Source: Malacoraja senta (taxonomy: Eukaryota). From it: 64,000 bases of DNA. Within the stretch, counting starts at the first letter, position 1, and every line of letters starts with the position of its first letter. Position numbers and translations under genes: made by a program. The notes beneath the pieces are model-generated. The model saw only the letters and a list, made by a program, of their open reading frames with translations, had not been told where the DNA came from and searched no databases. The DNA is taken from NCBI GenBank assembly GCA_038087875.1, contig JAXLNO010000341.1, positions 1-64,000 on the forward strand. The letters are read 5' to 3'. Shown piece by piece: positions 14,334 to 25,979 of this stretch.

Positions 14334-16350
14334 ATGGCTTTTAGTGCAGCAGGCCCGTCTTCTGCCCCTGTATCCGTCCAATTGTCTCAGTATTCCTCAA
14401 ATCTATCAACTGAGGAGTACCAACGGTATGTGCAAAAGGTCTCCTTAATAGGTATTGATCCTTATTTAGTGCCTGAAGCTGAGTGATCCCGTGATATCTC
14501 TCAATTGCCAGAGATTAATTCCATGGACATCATGGCCTACCTCATCACAACGCCCAGTCCATACACATCAAAGAATTTTAAAGCCTACAAATCATCTGAG
14601 GCTTACAATCAGTTTGCAAATGGTTGGTTACACGACACAAGTGTATACATCCCAAAGAATTCTCCAGACGTACGAGTGGTGTGTGGAAAAGTAAGTTTTC
14701 TATCATTATGCTATTACTTATTTATATAATTTATTTTATTACTTATATGAAGGTATTTTAACACTTTTATTTTTATTTTCTATTTTCCTCATACTACAGG
14801 TTCTGCACTCACAAGCTGTAGGTGTGACATCTAAGCCATTGATGCCGTGGGTTATTGCGACAAATAGCCAGATATGCAGTGCCCACTGTGATTGCAAGGC
14901 AGGGCTTGGAGAAGTTTGTACCCACATTGCGACGCTTCTCTTTGGTATTGACGCAGGAGTACGGATTTGTGAGAAGAAAACAGTCACCCAGGTCAAGGCA
15001 TATTGGATGGAGCCAACAAGAAAGCAGGTTAAAGCTGCGCCTGTCAGCAAAGTTGACTTCTCTTCAGCAGCAAAGAAGAAAAGATTGCTTGATGCTGCCA
15101 TAGATGGGACTGAGTCAAGACAGCAACAAGCTAGAGATAAAGCTCCAACATTGTCATCCGCTTCGTCTCGAGCATCGGAGGTGCTGCAGGACAAATCACT
15201 GAGTAGACTTTTGTTATGCCTGTCCCTGATAACAACAAAATCGGCCATACTCAGCACTGTGGACTCTTATGCAGCAAGATTTGTTCCTGCTGAGACTGTT
15301 GTAGCATTTCCACTGATTCTTACTGACCTAATGGACAAAGACACATTCACCCTGACATTTGCTGAACTTCTAAAGAGATGTGAAGATGCTGATTGTTCTG
15401 TTACAGAGGAGGGGGCAAAGAATGTGGAGGCGCACACTCGTCTGCAAGCAAAATCAGATCTCTGGTTTCGTTATCGGGCAGGACGCATAACAGCGTCAAA
15501 AATGAAAAGTGTTTGCAGGACAAATGCAGGTCATCCTGCAATTAGTGTTATCAAATCTGTGTGTTACCCGGATCTGGACAAATTTAGCAGTGAGGCAACA
15601 AGATGGGGCTGTGATCAAGAAGAGAATGCAAGGCAAGCCTATGCGGCTTACATGCGCACTGAACACTCAGGTTTCATGAAGAGAGACTCAGGTCTGATCA
15701 TAAACCCAAAGTACCCTCATTTGGGTGCAACACCAGATGGACTTGTTGAGTGCGCTGAGCAATGTTGCGGGGATGACCGTCTTGGAGTCTGTGAAGTGAA
15801 ATGTCCATTCAGTAAGAAGGACATGTCTTTAATGTCCGCTGCACAAGACAAACAGTTTTGTCTTAAGGATTTGAATGGTGAGCTTCATCTGTCCAAAGAG
15901 CATGCTTACTACTACCAGGTCCAGGCCCAAATTTTTGTCTCAGAGAGATCATTTTGCGATTTTGTGGTTTGGACCAGTGATGACGTAAGTCCCCATATAG
16001 ATCGCATAGTGGGTGATAATCCTTTTTGGACAGATGCTTTAGCTGCAGCCACTCAGTTCTTCAATTTAGGTGTCTTACCGGAGCTTGTTGGCAAGCATTT
16101 TACCAGCCCTCCAAAAAATATGTTAGAGAATGTCGTGGAGCCCGATGACCAGAAAGAACAAAAATGGTGCTACTGTCAGGAGGGTGAAAGCAGGAAAATG
16201 ATTATGTGCGATAACCCAAATTGTCCGATTTCGTGGTATCATTTTGAATGCCTGAAATTGCCAGATAATTATGAGACGCCCCAAAAATGGTTCTGCCCAG
16301 ATTGTAGGCTCATCCCAAAATCTAAAAGAAAAGCCCCCCCAAAAAAATGA
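14334..16350 (+). CDS. Transposon accessory protein: SWIM zinc finger + YqaJ/lambda-type exonuclease + PHD finger (exons 14334-14690 and 14800-16350; in-frame TGA at codon 51)
   Basis: A GTAAG...TACAG intron (14691-14799) joins CGK|VLHSQ in frame. SWIM: CDCKAGLGEVCTH. YqaJ motifs: WFRYRAGRITASK, GATPDG, EVKCP, YYYQVQAQ. PHD: WCYC...MIMCDNPNCPISWYHFEC...WFCPDC. TGA at 14484-14486; the next in-frame ATG is at 14523. Confidence 0.88.
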
Positions 16351-16668
16351 ATGGCAGGTTTTCTGCTGAACATTTTTCTGTTAAATACAAAGTCTTTCAT
16401 TTGTATGTCACGTTTCCCTTGCACTGCATAAAGCCACGTAATAGGCTATTTTATTTTCACTTTAAAAAACACCAGACACTGTTTGAAACTGTTCTATTTA
16501 AGTTTAATGTATAAGATTTTGAAGTGCACTTTAGCTTCTGCGTTTGTTATTTAATAGTTTTGCAATTACTTGCAGTTTCCTCCATAATAAATGCTGATGA
16601 GCCAAGTAACTTTGTTGAAAGTTTTTATTGTTCGTATATACACCATACTAAAGCACAACTCTCTACAC

Positions 16669-19180
16669 CTACTGTGAGATTATGGATTCATTTAAGTTGA
16701 AAAGTGCACAACAGATCCTTGCAATTTTATCAATTTTGGGTACTAGATTTTCAGAGTTGGTCACCATGTACTCCAACGGCACAGTATGACTTAGAAATAG
16801 GAATTTTTGCCTGACGCCACCAATCACACGCTCTACATGAATGCGTAAATTTGCTAATTCACGAGTTTTTTCTACATCCAGCGCAGATAGTTGTGCTTTT
16901 CCTCTTGTAAATGCAGGGATTTCTGCTTGACAACCGTAAAATCCTGCATCATCTTTTATGTCAAAACCGCGATCAGCTAAAATGACATCTCCAGGGAGCA
17001 GGTTGTCAAAAAAGTTAGATGAAAGTGTAATTGTTTTATCTGTGCCTCTGCCCCCCCATGCTGCAGATAAAAATGAAATAGCACCACATGGTGTAATACC
17101 TATCAAGAATTTGATGGTGTTATGGTGCTTACAGTTCAACCAAGTCTGTGCGCGTGCCTCTAAACTCGTAGGTCTATCACAAAATACTTCAAAGCAATCT
17201 ATAATCACTGCCACATGCTTTCCAAATGTGCGCCGAAATTGCATGGGCATGGTTTTCCACAGAACCTCCCTTTCAGGCCAAATAATTAACTTGGATAAGC
17301 CGTAAAGGGCATCAATCTCACTAGTGAATACACGCGATACTGTGGATTCACTAACAAGGAATCGATACGCAAGATCTTCATGAGGCACTGCAAGTCGGAG
17401 CTTCATCAAGACGATCAGCAACTGCTGAAAATGTGTTAGTGAATGTCTTTTGGTGAGCTTGTCCTTAACATAATTGAAGACCAGCATCAAAATGGCAAAC
17501 GTTGGTAAACCCGTGTAGAACCTTAAAGGCCTGTCTCGCGAGTCTGCGGTCATTGGCGGCGAAACGGGAAGAATCTGCCGCCATAGACCGCGCACTCGTG
17601 AGAACGCACAATTCCGGGGCCGTGCATCGGTGTTCCCAACACCGCACGGTGCTAAAATAAAATCGACAATGTCGAAAACTATATACTCACCGCACAACCT
17701 CCACCAGTGATGCACGAGTGCGGCACGGTCGCCCGCACGGGCCGCCGCCAGTGTGGCTCGTGCGCCATGCGTCAAACTTCCACTGCCACAGCCTCCGCCA
17801 GTGAGGCACGTGCCTCCGCCAGTGAGACACGTGTGCTGCACGGCCGCAGGCACAGCCACCGCTACAGCGCCGCGATCAGGATGGCCGCCGCCACAGCCGC
17901 CGCTCGTGAGTCACGTGCGGCGGGCCGACATCATCGCAGTCGGCCCTCCATTTTTTTTACTTACCGCAAGCACGTGGGACCCGCCGTGTTTGAATTAACT
18001 CGGCACCCGTGCAGCATCCGTGCGGCGCTCTGGTGGATAGGCTCGACGCTCTCGCCGTTGCCGCGCGGTCCTAGCTACCGGCGACGCCGCGCTTCACCGC
18101 CGATGACCGCAAACAGGTAAGACAGAGCCTTAACCTTTTTGTCGTCCTTGGAAAGGCTTTCTTGTGTAAACTTAATTTGGGCTGCTTCTTGCCTTGCTTT
18201 AGCAAGCTCTTTACTGTTATTGTCTACTTGTGCTTCCAGTACTGTTATGTCTGCTGCACACAGGTCTGTTTGTGTTGATGTGTCCATTGTCTCTTTGACT
18301 GGTGTTTGTGTTTCCATGTCAACTTGATGGTGTACTTGCAGCTCCGGTTCAAAGTTCTCATAATCATTAACCTGCTCAGCATCATCTTGCAGAGCTCCAG
18401 ATGATTGAGCTAAGACCAAATCTGCTTTCATACTCTCTCTTCTTGTTGCACGTGCATGGCGTTCTTGTGCACGTTGTCTATCCTGGTCATTGTCATCACC
18501 GTGTCCCATATTCACAGTGGGTGCCCAATCAGGATTGGTAACATCATTCCATGCTGCAGGCTTGTCTGTAATTAGATGATAAATAAATAGATACTTGTGG
18601 GTGATTGTGCAGGCTTTAAACAAGAAGCATTGAAAAATATATTTTTGCAGATAATAAAATGTCATGATAGCTTAAACACACACTCCCTTCAAAGATATTG
18701 TCAATTTGCTGAGGTTGATTATGTCTAATTAATAGCTAACAATTATGCCATCTCTTGGCTTGCATCTGAGTAAAATTTATTTAAAAACCCATTTATGGTT
18801 TGCGCGATTATTTAAATGGTAACTTTAGCTTCAGAAGCATTTTCTTTTTGCATGTTAAAACCCACCTGAGAACCATAGGCGATTTTACTATTTTACAGAT
18901 GGATTTATAACTTCTAAAACATTTTAGATAACAAATGAATAAAGATAAAACATAAATAATGCCTTACTTTGATGAAATGCAATGAGCAAACGCGATAATT
19001 CCCGATATTTTCTATCTTGATATCTGCACGGCCAATGTTCGCCAACCACTGTTGTTGTCCCTTCAGCTCTCTCTTCTCTTTACCTTCATTTTTCTTAACT
19101 TTAGGAACTCTGAAGTAGGATAGATGTTTCTCACGGTCACCCCGACTTCCAAACTTATTTACAGCGCAAAAATTCACCAT
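16669..19180 (-). pseudogene. THAP + HTH + DDE (DDE_Tnp_4/Harbinger-like) transposase, disrupted
   Basis: Exon 1 (19180-18968) is THAP: MVNFCAV...FRVP...WL...RVCSLHF, with the second Cys replaced. Exon 2 starts at 18565 (NPDWAPT). After the MITE come RFYTGLPT, LAYRF.VSESTVSR and catalytic IIDCFE / LADRGF / RIHVER. Interrupted at 17526-18130. The nearest canonical splice sites are out of phase by 1 nt. Confidence 0.88.
17526..18130. mobile_element. GC/CpG-rich non-autonomous TIR element (Harbinger-type) nested in the transposase
   Basis: About 38-nt imperfect TIRs (AAGGCCTGTCTCGCGAGTCTGCGGTCATTGGCGGCGAA versus rc AGGCTCTGTCTTACCTGTTTGCGGTCATCGGCGGTGAA). Flanks TTA/TAA. Removal restores DDKKVRFYTG in frame. 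Confidence 0.82.
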
Positions 19181-20072
19181 TTTAGCGCTTTTTAACGGGT
19201 AGGAAAGTACGCGTTTCTAGCATTAATAACATATACCGGAAGTTACGGATGTCCTCCAGTTGGATTGAGCGGCTACGTGCGTCAAGCACTTTGACCCGGT
19301 GACCTTACGTGCTACCCCCTATAGGAAGGACGTGAAGGATAGGAAGTATGGGGTGCAGGAAAATCCACAAGTATGTTGGCAGGATTGGAGCTGACATGCC
19401 TTCAAGAGCAAAAATGTAAATGGCAATTTTGAAGAGAATGGCTCTTTGTAGGAGAAAACCACTCATATTCAGGTAGCAGTAAAACTGGGAACAGTGGTTG
19501 TGTTGTCTAAGGGCGTGGAAGTTAGATATCTAAATCCTTTCAGCTCTCATTCTAGATTTCTCTGCTTATGAATTATAGAATACACACATTACTATCCTCA
19601 CTTCTGATGCCTTTGACGATGCCCTTACTAACGTTAACAGATAAACATGTTGTTAATGCAGTAAGGATAATGAAAACAACACTATTAATTACTTTCAGCT
19701 AATGGAAATATCCTATTAAATATTAACTTGGCTCAGTAGAAGCTCTGCTGCCTTCGAGACAGAAGGTTAGGATTTTACCCACACTCCTGGACTTAAGCAC
19801 ATTACAAAATGCAAACTAGAAGCAGGACAAGGCCTGCTCAAATCTACGTTGCTTTCTATAAGGTTGACTTGCTATTTCAACCTCACTTCCTACAGTACTC
19901 TTGTACCCCTTGGTTATTTTAATGTCCAATAATGGGTTTTTTTTGTAATTAGCCAAACAACCAAAGCCCTTCAGGGTGGAGAAATCTGAAGATTCACAAT
20001 CCTCCGAGTCAAATTTCTCCTCGTCTCTGTGTTATTTAGCCATCCCTTTACCTGCACCTTTCCCTAGTTTTA

Positions 20073-20522
20073 AGGGCCTGTCCACTAGGCAATTTTTTAG
20101 GCGACTGCCGGCGACTGTCATAGTCGTAGCAGGTCGCCGAAAAACCGGTGACTGGACTATAATGGGTCTGTCCCACTTAGGCAATTTTTTAGGCGACTGC
20201 CGGCGACAATGGATTTCACCGAAGTCAGCGACAACCTACGTCATCCTGGCGACAACCTACGCCATCCTGGCAACAATGTATGACAACCTACGACAGCACC
20301 CACATAAGGAGAAGACACGCTACGACAAGTCCATGGTCGTCGACTGTCACCGAAATGTTTTGAACATTTCAAAAATCCAGCGACGACCAGAAAAACAATA
20401 CGACTCCTTGGGCGACATGAGGAGACTACTCACGACCATACAGGCGACACCCCGGCGACTGTGCTGGCGACTGCCTAGTGGCCGGCAGTTGCCTAAAAAA
20501 TCGCCTAAGTGGGACAGGCCCT
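20073..20522. mobile_element. Harbinger-type MITE (composite, extra left TIR at 20163)
   Basis: AGGGCCTGTCCACTAGG...CCTAAGTGGGACAGGCCCT, plus a second TAA+TGGGTCTGTCCCACTTAGG at 20160-20181. Same family as 12450-12761. Confidence 0.8.
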
Positions 20523-20649
20523 TTTATCTGCATTAGCACTATCATTCTCTCAGCATCGACTCTTTTTAAGCCCCCAAATAATGTTGTACGTTACAATGAA
20601 GTGAATACTCATTCTTTTGAGGTGCATGGATTGCAAACTACTTTAGTCA

Positions 20650-21925
20650 ATTGCACATAATAATTCTGCTCTCATGGTTTATGTTTAGGTCCATTATTGT
20701 TACGTGTACTGAGGTACAGTGTAATGGGCCTGTCCCACTTAGGCGACTTTTTAGGCGACTGCAGGAGACTATGCAATAGCCACATGGTCGCCACATGTTC
20801 GCGGGTGGTTGCCGGGGAGTCGCCTTCATGGCCGTGAGGAGTTCCCGCATTCTGGGAACTTGTCGCAGCCTCATTATGTTCGCCTTGAATTTTTCAACAT
20901 GTTGAAAAATTAGCGGCGACTAGAATGCAGCCGCCATGGAGAGAGTAGCGAGAATTCTCGAGCCGTAGGTGGGTCGCCAGGAGGTCCTAATGGGTTCCCA
21001 GGAGGTCGAAGGTTATCGGAGGTTCTTGTAGGTTGTAGCCGGTTCTGACCGTGAATTTCATTGGCTCATTTGGGAAAAAAAGGTAAGCAGTAGTTTTCAG
21101 AACCAAGGATCACCGACCGGTAATGTCAAATGTCCGCCGAGCTTCACAGCGTGTATCTCTGGCTTCTTAAAAGTTGTCTCCACTCCTTCTCCCCCCTCTC
21201 CCTCCCCACTTAAAGGACTTAACCGTACACTGTGCTTTAGCCGTCATTTTACAGCGCCCACATTCCTGTTCATGTGTGTCTTTTTCACCTTGGCTTTTGC
21301 ACAGTGTGAATTTTTTAGACAGAACTCCCCCCGCTTGCCCTGTCCCCCACCTGCATAACGGGCTGGTGAAGGAAGCGATGTGTTTGTGTGTGTGTATGTG
21401 TGTGTGTGTGTTCCACTCTGACAATCGCTGTTCCAGTTGCCGGTTTTTCAGGCGACTGCCGGCAACTTGACAGTCGCCGGCAGTCTGCTGAAAAATCGCC
21501 TAAGTGGGACAGGCCCATTACGCTTTGTTATGCATGCTATCCAAATTGATCAGATATACCATACTTAGATACAATCAATTCAAATTCAAGTACAACAGAG
21601 AGAGCAAAGGGGGAAATATATGTGCAGTATTAAGTTCTCAGAATTGTAGCAGATAATAGCACATCAGTTCCACCGACAGTCCAATGTCCTCAATGGGTAG
21701 AGGTGAATCGGACAGTTCTCTAGCAAATGGAAAGACCATTCAGAAGCCTGATAGGGGAAGAAGCTGTTCCTGAATATGGGGGTGCATGCTTTTAAGCTTC
21801 TGACACTTCTGCCAGATGGGAACAGGAAGAAGAAGGAATGACCAGTGTGGACAAGTCTTTAATTATGTTGGCTGGTTTCCTAAGGCAGCATGAAGTGAAG
21901 TGTAGAGGGACTCAATGGAGAGAAC
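20650..21925 (-). mobile_element. Rex/Babar-like LINE 3' remnant split by the 20725 MITE
   Basis: TTATTGTTACGTGTACTGAGGTACAGTG continues as CGCTTTGTTATGCATGCT after the MITE. The rest parallels 2960-3360. Confidence 0.65.
20725..21517. mobile_element. Harbinger-type non-autonomous element
   Basis: TIRs TGGGCCTGTCCCACTTAGGCGA...TCGCCTAAGTGGGACAGGCCCA. Flanks TAA (20722-20724) and TTA (21518-21520). Confidence 0.87.
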
Positions 21926-22232
21926 ATGTGTAGGAAGGAACTGCAGATGCTGGTTTATACCAAAGATAGACAAAAAAAAATGATATCAGTAAATGTCCCA
22001 TATGTCTTATAAATTGTATAAATAAATATTTTTTTCTCATTTTTTTTAGTTTGAATATTAAATATTGGTCAAATTTTGGTCACAAATTAGCTCAAAAGGA
22101 TCATAGATAGGCCCATTTTTAATGCTGTGATATTTCATTATAATTTAATAACTTTCAAATTTTTTCATGTCATAGGTTGGTACCCTTATTTACGGAAACA
22201 CCCATAAATATATTTATATTTATATATATATT

Positions 22233-23133
22233 CTAGACCAAGGTGGATCCGTTGGATCCCGTCCCCTCAACGCGCGGTTGTGGGGGAAGGGGGAATGCCC
22301 TGCGGCGCCACACATACACGCTAACCACCCCCACACGCACACACTAGTCACCTCCCTGATATTAGATTAATATTATTCATTCGCTTCTTTTACCCCATCC
22401 CCTGCCCTATCCACTCACGCATAGCCCCAACTGCTCAGGCGCGGCTAGAGAGGGAGAGGGTGAGGGGGGTAGAGAGGGAGGGGGAGGGGGTAGAGAGGGA
22501 GAGGAAGGGGGTAGAGTTTGAGGGGTGGGGGTGGCGACGTCACAGGGGAGGGCTGGTTCCTGAACGCAATACTCCACCACTCACCCATAGGTCCCAATAC
22601 TCACCACTCCCTAGAGAGGGAGGGGGCAGAGAGGGAGGCGGGGGGTAGAGAGGGGAGGGGGGGGCAGAGAGGGAGGGGGCAGAGAGGGATGCCCCCACCA
22701 GACACTGAGAAGCAGACCCGCAGCCTCCGTGGACTCGAGGGAGGCCACAGGCGGGCGGGCGTTGACCCGAGGACCCCGAGCGAGGCTGCGTGCGGTGCGT
22801 CGACCCGAGGATCGTGAGTTCGGGGGGGTGACGTCACTTGAAGTGCGTGGAAGAGTCCGAGCAGACCCATTGTGTAGTCATCAGCGAAAGCCAAGATTTG
22901 CATTTAAAATCGTTTTAAATTCAAAGTCTTTTCACGATTTTCAACTTTAATCTGTAATTTCGATAAATAAATGATGAAATGTTCAGATAAGATCATCCTG
23001 GCCTCGACAGGAAAAATGCCAACCGGAATATATAAGAATGTTATCGTTACCGCGTTTTTTTTCTCGCAAAGATGTAAAGACACACACATATGCACACACA
23101 CATATGCACACACAAGATCAGACTTTTAATAGG
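22233..23133 (-). mobile_element. Non-autonomous Helitron (reverse orientation)
   Basis: CTAG at 22233-22236 next to hairpin GGATCCGTTGGATCC. The other end (rc CCTATTAAAAGTCTGATCTTG) resembles the TCTATATAGTCTCATCTTG start of the 4135 element. Confidence 0.6.
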
Positions 23134-24294
23134 TACAAACAATTTCAAGTCAATAATAACTCAACAGCGCTGGGATGTTCATCTGAAATGTTTACTTTGG
23201 TTGCCTCTCCACGGCTGCTACTTGACTTGTCAAGTTTTTCGCATATTCTTTGTTTTAGCTTCAAATTTCCAGCATCTGCAATTATTTGCTTCAAATAATT
23301 AATTTTACTGATATGATAGTTGCCACAAGTTTGTGTGCTCTTGATGGCACAAAAATGTCAAGAAGCAAAGAGATATGTTCAAGAAAGTGAAGAAAAACTA
23401 TTTAAAAACTATTTTTACTTTTATATTTCTAATCAAAGTTAAGCACCGAGGAAAGAAACTCAGGCTTTTTGTAGTTTCCATTGATATAAATACCTGACCT
23501 TTAAAAACCCTTCATTTCTATAGCACTGTTCATGACCTTAGCAGGTCCCAGACCTTTCCACCTAACAAAGTACTTTTGAGGTAATTGAATATTGTTGCCC
23601 AAGTGAGATACGACAAACAGTATGCTGGCAATAATGTTCAAAGACAGCAGTTATAATTAACTGAGTAGATTATAGTCCAAATGAAAGCTGTCTGAGGCCA
23701 GTGATCCAGAGAACTGTTGACATTCACCCGTTCCCAATTAAATACGCCACAGACTTATTCAGACTGGCTTTAAAGTCAATAACAACTAAGTGACAGATGC
23801 TGGCACACTTGTCCATGATGTGTTGAGGTTCCATCGACAGAACCCTGCAGTGGTTGCAGTCCCTACACAAGGAATCAGTCTCTCTCACTCCAAGTCAGTC
23901 AGTCATGTGGTTTGGTGACCTTATTAAATTAATTGGGTTTCCTGGCCAGGAAATTAGGAGAAAAATCACTTTTTAGAGATTTTGTTTCACTTCATGCACT
24001 TTTTTTTTTAGATACGTTTAATAACATTGAATTATCATCCCAGTTTTGAGATGAGACTTTGTTCCATCATCTCCTGGGTGGAGAGGGTCAGTGACGCTAA
24101 CATCACTGTCACATAGCATGCACCTGCTACTCATGTTGGCATGGACTGCAAAAGAGGGGTAGAATCCAATTGAACTTGGCCCAATAATCTCTTGATGTTG
24201 GTTAAGTGATAACTGTTAACAGGACATTACAAGCACTCTTCTGCTCCTCTTTGGATTTTTTATATTCATTTGAGAGGAAAATTGACCTGTTACA

Positions 24295-25670
24295 CTAGGG
24301 ATAGGTGGAGGGGCAGGTGGTGTAGAGAATGAAGGGACTCTGCAGGAGAACTTTGACAGGTTGGGAGAGTGAGCAAAGAAATGCCAAATAGAATATCGCA
24401 CATCAAAGAATCTAGTCATGCACTTTGGTAGGAGAATAAATGCGTACACTATTTTCTAAAGGGGGAAATGGATTCAGAAATCGGAGGCGCAAAGGGACTT
24501 GGGAGTGCTGGTGCAAGATTCCCAAAGGTTAATGTAATGAGGCGAGTCGTACGCACATCAAGGTACAACACATATTTATTAAAGTACACTTACAGCATTG
24601 GTCTGCAGGACATTACAGTAACTAGCAGCTACTCAGACTGAATTACATAAGCAAACTCCTGGTAATATAAATCGCATATTAGGCGAGCTACTACTAACAA
24701 GCACTACAATTTGGTTAGTAGCAAATAACCAATCTACATCTTTCCTTGTAGAAACAAAATAAAGCATAGATACATGGGAACATGGTGGCTAAACAATACA
24801 GTAGCCGAAATGCTAATAATGCATATGGGGAAGTATAGATGGTTACAAAAAACCGCCGTAATCTAATGGGTGGCCTGCGGACCCGTCCGGCGCATGTGCG
24901 GTACGAATCCGCATCTCCTCCTTTCACCGGTGAAGTGATTGGGGAGGGGACCGGGGATGTGACTGGGGATGCACCGGAGACCCGCCGGGTGGAGGTGGTG
25001 AAATAGGCGAGCTGGGCGCTGAACGCCGTGGAGAGGCCGCGGGGGACACAGTCTCTGGCAGTGGAGCAGTCGGCCCGGTAGTGGGAGGGTATACAAAACG
25101 CGAGACCTCTGGATACAGAGTCGCAGGTCGCAGTTCCTTAATAGGAAGGAGATGTTGACGGTTGCGTCTGTAAATGGCCCGTCTGCGCTTACCAGATATG
25201 AGTGCGGTTCTTTGGCAGGGATGTGGATGTGACCCAGATGGCCATAGCCCTTGTTGGTCTGGAGATTAACAACCTGTCCACTGAGAGAGTAGCTTACTGG
25301 ACTTGTCAAAAAAGTTTTTGTGCATCACGCTTGAATTGCAGTTGTTCAGTATCGGTCAGTGTGCGAGAGGCATATGAAACAGGCTTTTTCCATATCCAAC
25401 CGTGGGTTCGAATCCCACTTCTGACACCATGTGATGAGGCGAGTCATATGCACGTCAAGGTACAACACATATTTATTAAAGTACACTTACAGCATTGGTC
25501 TGCAGGACATTACAGTAACTAGCAGCTACTCCGACTGAATTATGTAAAACTACTGGTAATATAAATCGCATAGTAGGCGGAGCTACTACTAACAAGCACT
25601 ACAATTGGTTAGTATCAAATAACCAATCTACAGTTAATTGCAGGTTGAATCAGTAGTAAGGAAGGCAGAT
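24295..25670 (+). mobile_element. CR1 LINE fragment interrupted by an LTR element
   Basis: LQENFDRLGE*AKKCQIEY-type RT C-terminal remnant. CCCAAAGGTTAA continues as TTGCAGGTTGAATC after the LTR element. Confidence 0.75.
24533..25632 (-). mobile_element. Internally deleted Gypsy LTR retrotransposon (1.1 kb)
   Basis: Direct repeats 24533-24738 and 25430-25632 (TG...CA) with 5-bp TSD GTTAA. PBS rc TGGTGTCAGAAGTGGGAT at 25412-25429; purine tract rc CAAGGAAAGA next to 24738. The interior keeps an integrase C-terminus (EPHSYLV, then YRRNRQHLL after a frameshift, RTCAGRVRRPP). Confidence 0.92.
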
Positions 25671-25979
25671 AATGTATAAAGATTGTAATTGTCTGTAGTG
25701 CGTAGGATAGTGCTATTGCACAGGAATCGCTGGTCGGCGCAGACTAGGTGGGCCGAAGGGCCTGTTCCCAGTGCTGTATATCTAAGTTAAACTAAGAGTC
25801 AGTGGATTCAGATGCCAATTTGTTGTGCTCTTATTTCATTTATATAACAATTAAGACAAGGTTTTCCATTTTTCATCCATCCAAACAAATATTTTGTTTC
25901 ATCCTAGTACCAGTTCAAACATGCTGCGAATTCCCAAATGCACCATCCTGACTGTTACTCCAAATGCAAGTGCAAGGCA

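Larger units (their letters stand above)
14233..19320. mobile_element. ISL2EU/IS4EU-type (Harbinger-related) DNA transposon, near full length
   Basis: Imperfect TIRs AGGGAGGTTTCACG versus reverse-complement AGGGGGTAGCACG. AT (or TATA) target duplication; removal restores the CR1 sequence TTTTATAGGAAGGA. Contains convergent exonuclease and THAP-DDE genes. Confidence 0.88.

Noticed and set aside
17526..17859. N-terminus of the 396-aa ORF (MAVPAAVQ...) as native transposase sequence
   Set aside because: It lies inside the nested MITE. The real N-terminus is the THAP exon at 19180.
17523..18133. Reading the nested insert as a TTAA-TSD Kolobok/piggyBac element
   Set aside because: Removing it with a TTAA duplication leaves a +1 frameshift, whereas a 3-nt TWA target restores the frame. 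The TIR also resembles the local Harbinger-type MITEs.
19976..20536. 186-aa ORF
   Set aside because: It runs through a non-coding MITE and has no domain motifs.
25401..25429. tRNA-Leu gene
   Set aside because: Only the 3' 29 nt are present, with encoded CCA, abutting an LTR. This is a primer-binding site.
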